Positions 51,606 through 64,000 are shown, counted from the first letter of the stretch. The stretch: DNA of 64,000 nucleotides from Trichosphaerium sp. ATCC 40318 (GCA_038496445.1 JALMLS010000322.1:124001-188000), one strand, 5' to 3'. The notes: generated by a model from the sequence alone, not told the origin. Program-made: numbers and translations.

Positions 51606-52783
51606 GACAAGACCTCGGCAACTACGTAGAAGAGCCTTACTTGTACAGAGAAAGGTGCGCTTTTTTTTGTGCAAAAAAGAAAAAAAAAACGCAAAAAAAC
51701 AAAAAAAAACAAAAAACTCCTGTACTAAATTTCCTTTTAGCTCGCGGACCTCCCTTTGTGAATACAACTACCTGCGCGCAGCTGTGAATAGTGTAAATAC
51801 GCCGTTTGTAAATATCATGGCCACGGACACTGCTCGAGATATCGGCTTCTCGAAACCCCCCAAACCTGAGTGTAAAAACTTCGTAACACCCTATACTGTA
51901 TAGACGTATGTGCATACCCATTTTGTAGAAAGTAAATAGTCCTAAAAATCGCTAATGCCGTATTTGGTTTTATTTTTGCGCAAACGAAAAAAAAAGCAAA
52001 AAAACTGTTCGTTAGAACTGCCATAAGTTCAGAAAATAACTTCGGAAGTAGCAGTGCTAGCTCCGCTCATGTTTATGCTTGTACCGGCTTTAGGTAATGT
52101 GGCATGTTTTTATGGTGCCCTAATGCCTACGTGGTTTGTTTCTCGTATTTTCGGGAAGAATCACCATGTCATTCAGACAGTGAGGTACTACCTTGTAGAA
52201 GCATAAAGTATAGTGTGCATAGCGCAGTTTTACAATAAGAAAGCGCGCCCAGAGAATCACGTGGTGTTTTTTTTACTTTAAAATGTGCGTTCAGTAACTT
52301 TCGAAGCGCATTTATTTTACAACGTGGTGAATAATTACGTTCAACATTACCGTACGGTAAACAAAGTGCGTTCAACGAACAGGCACTAGTGTTCCTTAGA
52401 TGTTGTTTAAGAATGGTGTATTTATTATTATTGGAACTAGCGAAGACACCGAGGATTTTAGTGATCTTTTGTGCATATTATCAAATCCGAAAGTGCTTTT
52501 GTGGGAATTATTTTGCGGCCAAACTAGTTCCCATGCCAGGATAGTTACCTAATAGTTGTTTAATTCGTTGTTGCCAGACGTCTACAACTTTTATAAAGAA
52601 AATAAAAGTTTTTGTTCTAAAAACGCGTGAAATTTTTTTGACACTCAGCGCCTGCTTTTGACTTTTTTTTAATTTTTTTAGGGCTGTACGTTAAATTACA
52701 CAAACAGAAATATGAAAATGTTGTTAATTTTTTGACACTTCAATCAAACATGATTGTTTTACCGCCCATCTGAGGTAGTGATG

Positions 52784-53353
52784 TTACGTACGCATAACCC
52801 TATTGTAAGAATTTTGTGAGTAATAATCTTCACATCCCCACGAGTCATAATCAATATGTGCTTCTGTAATTCGCGCTACGAATGTCTCTTCATTAATTGT
52901 AAAGCTATAGTACCATCCCCACCGCTGTGCAAATGTTATGTCTATGCTCTTTTGATGCTTCATATGTTTTAGAATGAGTGCTAGCGTCCTTAGACGGTTT
53001 GAAGGTGATGTCTTCTCCAAATTGATGTAATCTTCAACCGACATTTGTTTGCTGTTTTTATCCGCCTGCTTTTTACTATTAACAGCTGGCGTGGAGAAAG
53101 TGAGGTGGAGTATTGCTGTAGATCTATTGCCTTTTATTTCTCTTGGTTTAAAAGTCTCTGCGACTTTCATATTACTTATCATGCCCGCTCGAGACTTCTG
53201 CTTGCTGATCCTGTAGCTTCGAAAGATTATTGGTGTTGTAAAATACATCTCGTTCCATGAGCGGCATACAAGACGCGCAGCGGTACCTTGTGTAACATCT
53301 GTAAACTCTAAAAAGATCATCTCGATAATTTCGTTTGGTAGTGTGTCAGTCAT
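52784..53353 (-). CDS. Intronless F-box protein
   Basis: DTLPNEIIEMIFLEF...ARLVCRSWNEM. Confidence 0.8.
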   Translation of the reverse strand: MTDTLPNEIIEMIFLEFTDVTQGTAARLVCRSWNEMYFTTPIIFRSYRISKQKSRAGMISNMKVAETFKPREIKGNRSTAILHLTFSTPAVNSKKQADKNSKQMSVEDYINLEKTSPSNRLRTLALILKHMKHQKSIDITFAQRWGWYYSFTINEETFVARITEAHIDYDSWGCEDYYSQNSYNRVMRT

Positions 53354-53724
53354 CCTGTGTAATAGCAGGTAAAGTGCTCAGAGTAGAGTTTCGTTGTGTA
53401 ATACCTGTGGTAAGGATTTTTAAGTACTTAATCAAAAACTCGTGTTTTTTTCGTTAAGTGCTATCTGCACACGTGATCATAGTCATACAAAGTTTTACTT
53501 GTTGTAGGCGGTTGCATTAACACTAACTGAGTCTCCTGGCGCTTTTGTTTAAGTGAGTTTTTTTATATTTTTTGAACGAGTTAAAACATTAGGTGCTTGT
53601 AACAGAATTAGTTTCTTTAGGGTTATACATGGCGTAAAACTAAGCGCCACTAGGTTTTTTTTTGGTTGCAAATACTGGTATCAATATTTGACAAGTATAT
53701 TTCTTGGTAGGTGGTGTACAGTTC

Positions 53725-54878
53725 TTATTTTTTAGCAAAAGAGATGACCATGTGTCTGTTATTTGTAACTTCAAAATTCTGCAAGTTTCTCATAGCCAAA
53801 CCGGATTGATTCTCATCTTCGAACTCTACAAAAGCAATACCAGTCTTTCCAGGTGCCATACGGACGTCGAGAAATCCAGGAAACCTTTTAACAGATCAGA
53901 AACAAAAAAAAGTAGAAAATAATCTTAAAACGCTTCAAAACCGCATAAAAATGATTAAAAACACTACATCTAACATACGCGTTACTAGTAACAACCCAGT
54001 ATGCTAAAAAAAAAACAATTTTTGTAGATTCAAAAAAAATTTTCAAAAAACGAAGAAACGGTTTTTTTTTTCCTCTTCACGTACTGTCTGAACAACATGC
54101 TGACCATCATCTCGTTACTCTCCTCAGGAAGATTTTGTACAAATAGAACCTTATGTGGTGGTGCACGTTGCACTTCTGGTATTTTTGGTGCAGCTCCTTC
54201 GCCGCCTTCTTTTTCAACTTTTGGTTTTTTTGCAGGTGGAGCAGAATCTTCTGCAGTAATACCCATAGCCTCTGAAAGAAGAGTGAGAACATCCCATTAT
54301 TATAATAAAAACCACAAGAAGAGTTTAGGTGGGTTAGGATCGATAAGAATAGAATTAAACGGCATCGCCTGTCAAAAAAAAAAAAAGGAAGAAAAGTTTT
54401 TTATGAGCGGCGACTAAGCGAATATTTCGTTTAATGGTACCTTCTGCTTTGCGCTTGTTTTCTTGTTCCTTTTTTCGCTTTTCTCTTGGAACGTAAGTGC
54501 CATCCAAACGTGCGATTGCGTCTGACTTTGTTTTAGAATATGCTATTCGCTGTGTGGGTGTAAATAAATGTATTCATTAATGAAACGTTAGGTTGTACCA
54601 TTGGCTTTTCATAAAAATCGAATGATTGCATGGCATTCAAAGCAGTACCGGCTGCGCCAACCTCTCCAAAGACTATAAACGCTTGCCCTCGCATTTTGGC
54701 TGTTTTAGTGGCTACGATATCAAGGATAGGTCCATATTGTGAAAATAGTGCGTATAGTGATTTTTTTAGCTCTGGGAGTGGTTAATTAGAGTATAGATCG
54801 TTTCGCTGCCGCACCTTCTTTCTTGACCTTCTCGTTTAAATTATTGACATAGAGGGTCTGGCTTGGTGGAATAGACAT
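53725..54878 (-). CDS. SNRPB2: U2B''/U1A (SNF family) snRNP protein, two RRMs, multi-exon
   Basis: [61 protein letters not shown]; DIVAxKTxKMRGQ is closer to U2B'' than U1A. Confidence 0.9.
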
Positions 54879-55058
54879 TGTGTAGAGTAGAACAAAAAAC
54901 AACCGAGCAAATTATCGCGGTTTGGTTAAATTCAAACGTATGATACCTCTAGTAAAAAATTGATCCGCCACGAAGCTGATGGGCTTTTTCCTTGCGAATA
55001 CCTTAAGCAAGCAGTGCTTAACCTAAAAACGCTGTTTACAGCGCTACAACCCCTTAAA

Positions 55059-56137
55059 ATGAGCAACAACGCTCAGGACATTCTACCGTTTGTATTTCAA
55101 GCTCTCGGGGAGCTTGTTTATGTTTCAGGTACCTGTAATTGGAAGCGATATGCGGTTTACAATTCTAGGAGCGTTAAAGGGCGTTCATAAAACTAAAATT
55201 CAGGAAGTATGTCAAAATTTTGTTGATTCTACGTCAAATCTTCGCTCACTCCGTCCAGTACGTACGAGACAGGTGTTGTTACGTTAGCGCTGGTAAAGTA
55301 AGGGAAACTCTAAAGTTTGGCTTGGACTCTGGCAAATTACGGGTAGAAAATGGTCTGTACACCATAAACTTCTCACCACCGAAGGTAATATCACATTCTG
55401 TAGGAATATTATAACCGACACTTACATTGTGGTTAGGAAACGTATGAGCCTCGAGAATTGTCTGTAGGGCGTCGTGTCGTGATTTGGTGGCCAGCTGAAG
55501 ATGATTGGTACGTACTTATGTGACACTGGGGGCAAGGGGAGTTTACATCTTTGACAGGTTTAACTTTGGCTATTTTTCTGTACTTGACACTTATCTTCCC
55601 TCCTAACTTATAACAGGTTCAAGGGTACTGTTAGAACATACAACCCAGAGACAGGGAAATATACTATAGTATACGATGATGGAGATGTAACAGAGGACGT
55701 ACGTTGGCTTTGTATTTTTATTTTTTTTTTGAGTAGATTTTTGACCAAAAACATGTGACATTTCTCGTTCATTGTAGACTGTACAACGACCACGCCAATA
55801 TTGAAATACGATCACTCGTATAATAAAAATGTTGTTTGGACAAAAACTCTTTTGAAGGGGAACCTCACGTGCTCAAAATCGGTTGAACATTTGTGTTAAC
55901 TTTCTTTTAATTGAAAATATTAAATTATTATTTGCCTAGGCTTGGGATAGCGAAACGAGCTTTATTTATGATGACATGCTGGTTCAAATACACAAGAATC
56001 ACTTACCACAACTTTTAACACCAAAGAAAGGATTACGATGCTTACAATGCTATAATAGTCATATCAAATGTGATAACATGCGACCTTGTGCTAGTTGCAA
56101 AAAAAGAGGTCGAAGGTGCACAAATCGACCTTCATAA
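55059..56137 (+). CDS. Chromatin protein: winged-helix (H15-like) + Tudor + Zn2Cys6 cluster, multi-exon
   Basis: VGRRVVIWWPAEDDWFKGTVRTYNPETGKYTIVYDDGDVTE (Tudor); CLQCYNSHIKCDNMRPCASCKKRGRRC (Zn2Cys6). Confidence 0.8.
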
Positions 56138-57493
56138 TGAGGAAGTTTCGACGAAGAATAGCGTATCTTGTATTTTTAATAAAAAATTGTCATAGTCACA
56201 AACATGTGCTCCCCAATTGGTTTAACCTGTACTAATATTAGTCACGGTGTACTTTTTGACGAGTACTTGCTTTTTCTTACTATTCAATGTATGACATAAC
56301 ACCTTCAGTAACATTTTCACTGTAGCAACATTAGAAACACAGAAACCATTACTATTCTACTTACTGGTTTGCCGATTTATTACAGGCCATATTTGTTACA
56401 CCCACCTGAGAAGTGCTTAGCTGGCTAATATAACATACGGAAACTGTAAGCAAATTGGCTGTTTGTGGTACATTCGGTAATGTTGATGCTTCTACTTTGA
56501 CGCTTTTGGAGGAATGCCGATTAGCATTCATTATAGATGAAGCTCATCTCAACTATCAATTGCATTTGAGTGTGGAAATCTCTTTTTCGGGCAAGAATAC
56601 TGTTTGCCTCAATAACGCTTTTTGTGTTAGCACTAAGCTCATTTTTATAAGATGGTTTATAAAGCTAGGTAGCCTTTGTGCGATTCTGCTGAGCTTCCAT
56701 TACTGTATCCTATGGATACTTAACATGATGATAAGAGCAGAAAGTCACGTGCAAGCTACAAATCAGGAGTAGCTTGAAAAAAGTAAAAGTACTTCATAAT
56801 GTATAAGCTATGGTCCGATGGCTAATGGTTAACAGCGACAAAATGTTGACATGATTATAATTATACGAAACAAACAAGAAAAAGTAAGAATCTTTGCGAA
56901 ATCACTACAAAAAAAAGTGAGTTCAGGTCACACCATATATTTCGGAATAGAATAACCATGCTAGGTACCAGTTGTTTAGAGTGTCACAGTTATAATAACA
57001 CAGTTAGGGTTCAGTAGGTATAGAAGGATCTTTTCCAATCGCCACCGGCCTACAAAATACAATAGCAAGAGAGGTACATAAAAGAGATAGCCAAATTATT
57101 TGTACTGTAAACGCAGTCAAAGAACCAACAATTTTGTTGTCAATGTTTTCAAAGCTAAGCACGTGCTTTGTTGGTCAAACCTTGGGTGCCCTAAGCAAGT
57201 TACTTTTTATACACTCCAGTCACCGGGTAAACTAGAAAAGACTCTCACCGAAACCATTTTGTTTTGCCAAAGCAACATTTTTTTTTGATGCCGACGGGTC
57301 CAACGCTGTTGTGACCGCTCTAGTACTTTTATTATTCATTTTACTAAACTGTTCAAGGCACACGAGTAACCATCCAAAAGCCGTCAATCAGAATTGCACG
57401 TGCGCACTTCGTGACATCCTATATTAATAAAAACAAGTACACAACAAACAGTACATCTCACAAGGAATTAGACGTAAGTTTCTGTTTCATCAT

Positions 57494-58309
57494 ATGCTAG
57501 CGATTTACTACGTAACTAAGGTCCCAATATCAACAGGCTACAAGAACATTGAAAAAGGACCTGGCGCACTTATTAAAAAAACTAGTCAGACAGAAGGACT
57601 TGTACAAGAATGGCACGACAATGGCCAACTGTACCAACAGTACACTCTCAAGAACGGCAAGAAGGAAGGAGAGTGTAAAATATGGCATGAAAATGGCCAG
57701 CTCGCCGGATATTGCATTTTCAAGAATGACAAAGATGACGGCCTTGTCAAAGAGTGGCATGATAATGGTCAATTATCACTTCAAATGAATTCCAGAAACG
57801 GTAAAATGGTTGGAGTACTAAAAGAGTGGCACAAAAACGGTCAATTGAGCCGTCTACAAACCATTAAGGGCGGAAGAGAGGTAGGAGACAAAAGGTGGCA
57901 TGAAAACGGCCAAATGAGTTACCATTGGATACTCACACATGACAAACATGGCAAGGAGGAATGGGAAACCAAGGAATGGTTCGACAATGGTCAAATGTCG
58001 AATCATTTCTTTCACGTGGACTTCAAGCAAGAAGGAGAGCATAAACAATGGCACGAAAATGGTCAACTAGCAGCAATGTGCTTTTACAAGAATGACGTTA
58101 GGGTCGGTCAAGCCAAAACTTGGTACTCCAATGGCCAATTGCACACACAGAAAAATGTGAACGAGGACGTTGGAGAAGAACACTATAAAACATGGAATGA
58201 AAGTGGTGAATTAATAGAGCATATCAAATTTGTGAATATGCGTACTCAGAATGAAAACCACGCAGTTACATTCATGTTCTACATAAAAGGTGACCCAGAT
58301 CTCAAGTAG
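57494..58309 (+). CDS. MORN-variant (YwqK-like) repeat protein; true start probably in an upstream exon
   Basis: About 9 repeats KEWHxNGQL; GTAAG donor at about 57474 and acceptor at about 57520 suggest an upstream exon. Confidence 0.8.
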   Translation: MLAIYYVTKVPISTGYKNIEKGPGALIKKTSQTEGLVQEWHDNGQLYQQYTLKNGKKEGECKIWHENGQLAGYCIFKNDKDDGLVKEWHDNGQLSLQMNSRNGKMVGVLKEWHKNGQLSRLQTIKGGREVGDKRWHENGQMSYHWILTHDKHGKEEWETKEWFDNGQMSNHFFHVDFKQEGEHKQWHENGQLAAMCFYKNDVRVGQAKTWYSNGQLHTQKNVNEDVGEEHYKTWNESGELIEHIKFVNMRTQNENHAVTFMFYIKGDPDLK

Positions 58310-58672
58310 ATTACTACTTAGAGCACTCGTTCAGCAAAAGAAATACCAACACAGAAAAAGCTAAATTGATTGAAAATAAAGTAGTGTTTCAAGTTTACCA
58401 CCGATGTACCAATTTGAAATTGGGTGCATGTTCATCAACCGCTAAGTTTATACAAGTAGGATATTTCTACATAACTTTGTATAACTTCAAAACCCATAAG
58501 TCGAAAGGAGTTAAACAAAAAGAGTAACAATATTTCTTTTCAATTTTGTTTTGACAATTGTAACTATTTTACTATAGCACTAGTCCCGACTATGTTATGT
58601 TTATTTGTCCAATGACGTTCAATTCTATGAAGTTGTGAGTTTATTATTTGGTCTTGCCAGTGTACATTGCTA

Positions 58673-60299
58673 TTACATTGTATCTATTAATTTCAATATA
58701 GGCAGTAACGCTTCACATTGAGGCTTGTTCCATTCATAAGTCACGTTGTGAACTTGTCCTATATCATACGACATTCTGGCCTCGTCTTCGGTAAATGTAT
58801 CCCATCTGGTATACCCAGAAATAGCAAAATTGACCCAGTCATCGCTAACCAACTTTGACAATTTAGCTTCTTCAGTCGTTGCTTCATCTGGAATTGTTTG
58901 GAAAACAAAAGTGAGATCACTTGCATGTGGCACTCCCCAAGATGGTGGTAAGTGTATCCATGAAGGTCTGTGATCAAATACATAAGCATGAGATGATATA
59001 CCGCTTTGAGAATAGTATCTTGTTACCCAATAAGTTGGACAAGTGAAAGTTATATCAGAAACTAAATTACCAATATGTTCACGACAATCGACATCCACGC
59101 AAGGAAATTGTTTTTCTACAGCGTCAAGAACATATGACTCTGAACTCATATATCCAGATGAAGCTATCTTTTCAAGTCCTTTTCTGTACATTGAAGGAGG
59201 AACAGGATCAGGAATGGCGTCGTACACAATGGCTAAAACTTCATTTGTAGTGTCACCTGCTAAAATAGGAACTTTTGCGAAATTTCCAGATGTCATCGTA
59301 TCGAAAAAAGAAGGTGTATTTAAAAACAAAGCATGGTTTATATCATTAGAATTACCATTCAATAAGTCATCAACAGTTTTACCTTCCGAGCACTCAAGGT
59401 TGCTACAATTAATTGACTTGAAAAAACTTTCAGCCTTTTGAAATTTCGTTTTCTCAGAATAACGTTCTAATAAAGGAGCACTGCTCATAATGATTGCCCG
59501 ATGAAAAAAGTTCCACGTGTTTTTTGAGTATAAAAGTAAATAAACAACACTTGAAGCACCTGCGCTCTGTCCTACAATAGTGACATTATTAGGATCACCA
59601 CCAAATCTGTTTATGTTTGTGTTAATCCAATTAAGAGCAAGTTCTTGATCAGATAAACCAAATCTACCTCTATTGACATCAGTCATTTCACTCGACGCCA
59701 AGAACCCGAATACATTTACCCTGTAGTTGAATGAAACGATGATAACTTCACCAGAAGTAAAAACAAGCTTAGAAGCATCATATGCTTCCTGACTTGAACC
59801 ACCTACTATCAACCCACCTCCGTATATCCATACGAAAACAGGAAGAGAAGTTTTGATGTTTCCATTACTACTTAACTGAGAACCTTTCGGTGCCCACACG
59901 TTAAGATTCAGGCAATCCTCTGATAACTTTTGGTAGCTTGGAAAGCCAAAGTTTGAAGGTACAATTTGTGGACAAGCGTCTCCGTACAAAGAAGCGTTGA
60001 AAATTCCTAGTAAAGGTTTCGCTGGTTTTGGTGATTTCCATCTCTCCGCTGTTCCATATGGTATGCCAAGCCATCGTGAAACGTTATTTTCTGTTACTCC
60101 CTGTACTTTGCTTCCGTCTGAGAGTGTAACGATAGGATTAGCTGTTTCTAGTTCGAATTAATAGGCGAAAGCCAGAAAACGGTTGAGAACCAAAACTCAT
60201 AGTGTTTGACTTACGGATTGGTCTACTCAGCGTTCTTGGAACGTGATAAACTGTTACAAGTAATATAATGAGTAAGATATTACTGAAAGTGATGGTCAT
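58673..60299 (-). CDS. Secreted type-B carboxylesterase/lipase (one intron near 5' end)
   Basis: Signal peptide; WLGIPYG, SEDCLNLNVW, VWIYGGG, FGGDPNNVTIVGQSAG, NE, GVPHASDL catalytic triad. Confidence 0.93.
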
Positions 60300-60432
60300 T
60301 TGAACTTGAATTTGTTCGCTGCGTAACAATGAACGCTTAACAGAATTTCGGACTTAATGTATCCCCTACATTCTAAATACGTACCAGTTTCGTATTAAAT
60401 CGTAACGTCGGTAAGGATTGTAGCATACCTGG

Positions 60433-61169
60433 ATGTCTTTTAATTCGCCAGTAAGCAAAATAACTGAATGGCTTTTCTTGGGTTCGTACAGAGTTTACAA
60501 ATATAATGTAATGATTTTCTACGCTCAGGGAACCTTTTTAACGCATCACCGCGTACATTAGAAGCATCTGGTATTAAATACGTATTAAACCTAAAAGGAG
60601 GTACCGAAAAGCGTGCTAAATGACCTGTTGAGTCAGTTGTCATGATTTGACATCTATTTCAAGCTAACGTTCTCAACGAGGCTCCTACAATCTTATTAAA
60701 CACGGATACAACCAAAAAATAGTACCTTTATCTGATTATGGTGATACAGACTTATCAACTGTTTTCGAAGAGTGTTTTGCATTTATAAGTACGTCAAAAC
60801 ACGTTTCTACGCCCAAAAACCTATCCTAAACAACCACGTAGATGAAGCAAAGTCAAAATCAGAAAAAGTGCTTCTTCACTGTAAAAGTGGCATTAATAGA
60901 ACGCCTACAATCGCTCTTTGTTATCTAGGTACGCTTGGTAGTGAATCTCATGTTTTAACGATTTTGTAGTTTCGGAAGGATGGACTCTAAAGGACGCTTG
61001 GAATCATATAAAAGATATCAGAGGTGTTTCATCACCACATGAAAAGTACTGGGATCAGATAAGAGCTTATGAGATCTCAGTCAGAAATGAACTAAGTCTC
61101 ACAAAAGAAGATGTGGGTCCAACTCTACAAGATTTAATGAGACAGATGAAGGACGGAAACCAGGGATGA
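60433..61169 (+). CDS. Dual-specificity protein phosphatase, multi-exon (start uncertain; alternative ATG at 60357)
   Basis: VSKITEWLFLG, GIKYVLNL, KVLLHCKSGINRTPTIALCYL (HCX5R), WTLKDAWNHIKDIR. Confidence 0.85.
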
Positions 61170-61792
61170 AGTGAAATAACTGTACACTAAAATGAAGTTA
61201 AAACAATTAGCTTATCGAGGAGGCGACATCTCTTCTTCTTATGTCTGTAATAAATTAGTATTTGGTCTTGTATTGCTTGTTGTGAATTTTGTTAAGTTTC
61301 ATTATCTGTTGCAAAACAGAAGGTATTGTTATTTTTGGTTTTTTCACATGTCCAGTTTCACGAAAATGACTCTATACTTATGCATTACTACACGCATAGA
61401 GCGCTGTTGTAACAATTAGAGCGCCAGCCATGGAGTTTTAAGCAAAAGGGGAAATGGAAATAAAAACTGTTTAGCGAGTTTTCTGTGCTGCTTAATGCCA
61501 CACGCGAAGTTTTTCAGCGTTTATAGCTTAAGTAAGGTAGGGAATTGGCAAAAAGTTTTTTCATCCATTTTCGGGCACTTTCTCGTGAACTGGACATGGT
61601 TGAAACGTTTTCTTCTTTTTTTCTTCAAAATCGTTTACGTTCATAAGGACAATGTCTTCTCCTTGGTTTTAAAGTACTTTGTGGGTTTGTGACAGATTCA
61701 ATTCTCACAATGTCCACAAGCTAATTTATTAATATACACCCTTGACTCAGACCAATTCAAGAAAAACTAATCAAAGGGTTTATTTAACCATG

Positions 61793-62969
61793 TTAAGTCC
61801 ATATAAAACCTGTAATGAAGCCACCAATTATGGTTGAAGATAACTTACAAATCAAAAATACAGGTACTGGATTAACAACCATACCTCCACAAACAAACCC
61901 TTTTAGCTCATTACCTGAAACATCTTTGAACATTTTTCGTATCCTCTTTATGATAAGGATTCGTTGCACATCTATATCTTCATCGGAGAGATAGTCCTGA
62001 CCATCAGCATAAGTACCATCATTAATATCAATTGAACTGTCAATGTGAAAAACTTCATTCTCTTCCTTTGTCAGTAATTAGCAAAACATCTTTATGAGCC
62101 TTGACTGTTTACGTACAATCTTCAGTTGCTTGATTATGCCTATAGCACATGACATACCATTAGGAGCGGTGACGGTGTTTGTTATTGTCTCATCACAGCT
62201 AGATATGAAAGGTAGAAAGGGATAATCTGATTCAGAAAGTGCAACAATTCCGTGTTCCTTACAAAGATTGTATGCTTCCTTGATAGTCCATAGAGACTTA
62301 TACGCTTCTAGAGGTGAATCGAAATGACTACAAATATCTTTTAAATCTCCAGATGGTTTAATGAGCTTGCAATTTGTCATGCAAAGAGGCGTTGTTAGTA
62401 TGTGGTAGTCTCTACATAAGTTAGAAGAAAATTTGTTTGTAAAAAAAATTGACTTTGTTGGATTGACTAAAAAATTACTGATGCTACAAGGATAACAGCA
62501 AAAGACAGAAGGGAAGGAGCCAATAAATCAAGCAAAGGGACAAAGATCAACAGAAAGAAAAGCGAAGAGGAGATAAAAAAGGGAAGTCAAATCTTGAAGA
62601 TTTGTAAGAAAAGTAAATCTGTTAACTTATCAAACTTACCCTTCAAAATCTGTACTATAGCAGTAACTCTTCCTGTTATAATCAGAAACAGGACATGGTG
62701 GGGTTTCTGTAGACTCTGAGAGGTCGAAATCTTGTTTTATACGGTATTTCCATATACTCTTATCAGATACCACTGCAGCGAATTGCTTAGCTACAAGAGC
62801 GAATGATGGGAGGTTTTTTAGTTCTAAATAGGAACAAATAGCCAACAGCATTTCTGGTACCCTACACACTTGTAGTGATGCTTCTTCAGCTGCAAAACTA
62901 CATTTGTCATTAACAAACACAACCCGTTGATAACATTGCGTGCTTTTTAGCTATTTTCCTTTGCGTCAT
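61793..62969 (-). CDS. F-box protein with uncharacterised C-terminal domain, multi-exon
   Basis: VPEMLLAICSYLELKNLPSFALVAKQFAAVVSDKSIWK; ends NPVPVFLICKLSSTIIGGFITGFIWT*. Confidence 0.7.
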
Positions 62970-63429
62970 TTTGCAAACAGCGTTTTATAGTTGAATTTTT
63001 TGTGTTTGAAAGTTTGCTGACTACGCTATTTTGCTTTCGAAGAAAAGAAAAAGATCAGCTTCACTGATCCTACCGTGAAGAGAAAACCACTGTATGTAAA
63101 AATTGAACCACGTGCCGTTTTTGCATTAAAGAAAATCGTACTGAGTACACAAGTATCTATTGGTATCAAATGAAAAATATGGTTTTGTAGTTTTTGCAAT
63201 ACATAAGCCAATACGGATAACAATTTTGTGTTCAGGAGGTAGAAAATCATAATCTACTGTCTCAAGTCACGTGCGCTTACTCTGGTATTCTTTTGCCAAA
63301 TTTAGACCAAGGTGATAAATGGTACACACAGAATTTATTAAGCAATGACCGGTATGTACAAGGTATTTTTTTAATAATCAATTGCAAAGCTCTACAAACT
63401 TGTGTTTGTTTTCTCTATCGGGTGGGTCG

Positions 63430-64000
63430 TCATCTACTTTTTCCTTGTTTTACCAATTTACTGGCGTAAGCGATGGTAGGTATTATACATGTTGAAGTAG
63501 GAATAGGGTCAAACACGCGTTCCTAGCAACAATAAGAAATAAAAGTTGAAGAAAAAAAAAGTTTCTGTTCTTCTGACAAGATAAAGCTTTGTTCGATATT
63601 TTCTTGATTTGTAGCATACCTGAAGTACATCTATTGCAGTAGGACGTTTTGACATATCCTTAACAAGGCAGCAGATGAGTAAACTCTTGAAAGAAAGAGA
63701 ATAACGCTTCGGATACTTAAGCGTAGGAGGAGGTCTCTCTAAAATTTTTGGAAGGTCTTTAATAGACCGAATATCCGCATTAGGAGGACGCCCTTCAACC
63801 ATTTCAATAGCTGTAATACCCAAACTCCAAATATCAGACTAGAAACAAAGAATAAATAACTTGGTTTAAAGATACGAGGAGGTGTTTTTTTGTTCAAAGT
63901 TTTACGTACTCTGTCATTTGTTTTATCCTTTCTGATGACCTCTGGAGCCATAAATAATGGACTACCAACGTAGTCATTAGCTGGTAGGAACTTAGTGTTA
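63430..64000 (-). CDS. STE20-like Ser/Thr kinase, 3' part (truncated by window end)
   Basis: YVGSPLFMAPEVI, SDIWSLGITAIEMVEGRPP, PPPTLKYP, CLVKDMSKRPTA. Confidence 0.9.

Noticed and set aside
56200-57300. Possible gene in this gap
   Set aside because: Could not build a consistent exon chain or recognise a motif on either strand

Overview
Gene-dense, AT-rich eukaryotic nuclear DNA with many short (about 35-100 nt) GT-AG introns, so the ORF track mostly shows exon fragments. Actobindin, a GbpD-like RasGEF/cNMP/GRAM protein and AP-5 beta point to an amoebozoan-type protist (inference). Housekeeping genes (ATP12, AP5B1, U2B''/U1A, ZCCHC10-like, mitochondrial-type CDF transporter, PB1-TPR-UBA protein, dual-specificity phosphatase, STE20-like kinase) are interleaved with intron-poor accessory genes of families common in giant viruses (F-box-LRR, F-box-MORN, F-box-ankyrin). 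There are also bacterial-type enzymes: a hybrid-cluster protein with an organellar presequence, GH26, and GH5 with an inserted PAN domain. The most unusual items are: (1) a tandem array of four tRNA-Ile-derived units with conserved 5' halves and non-canonical T arms; (2) an F-box / histone-H3-fold-like / ankyrin protein; (3) an ankyrin-PARP gene with one symmetric exon per repeat; (4) a helical-repeat + PD-(D/E)XK/RAP-like protein with a presequence; (5) a 38-bp strand-specific hairpin; (6) strong window-wide excess of CACGTG. Exon boundaries were read by eye and no database searches were run.
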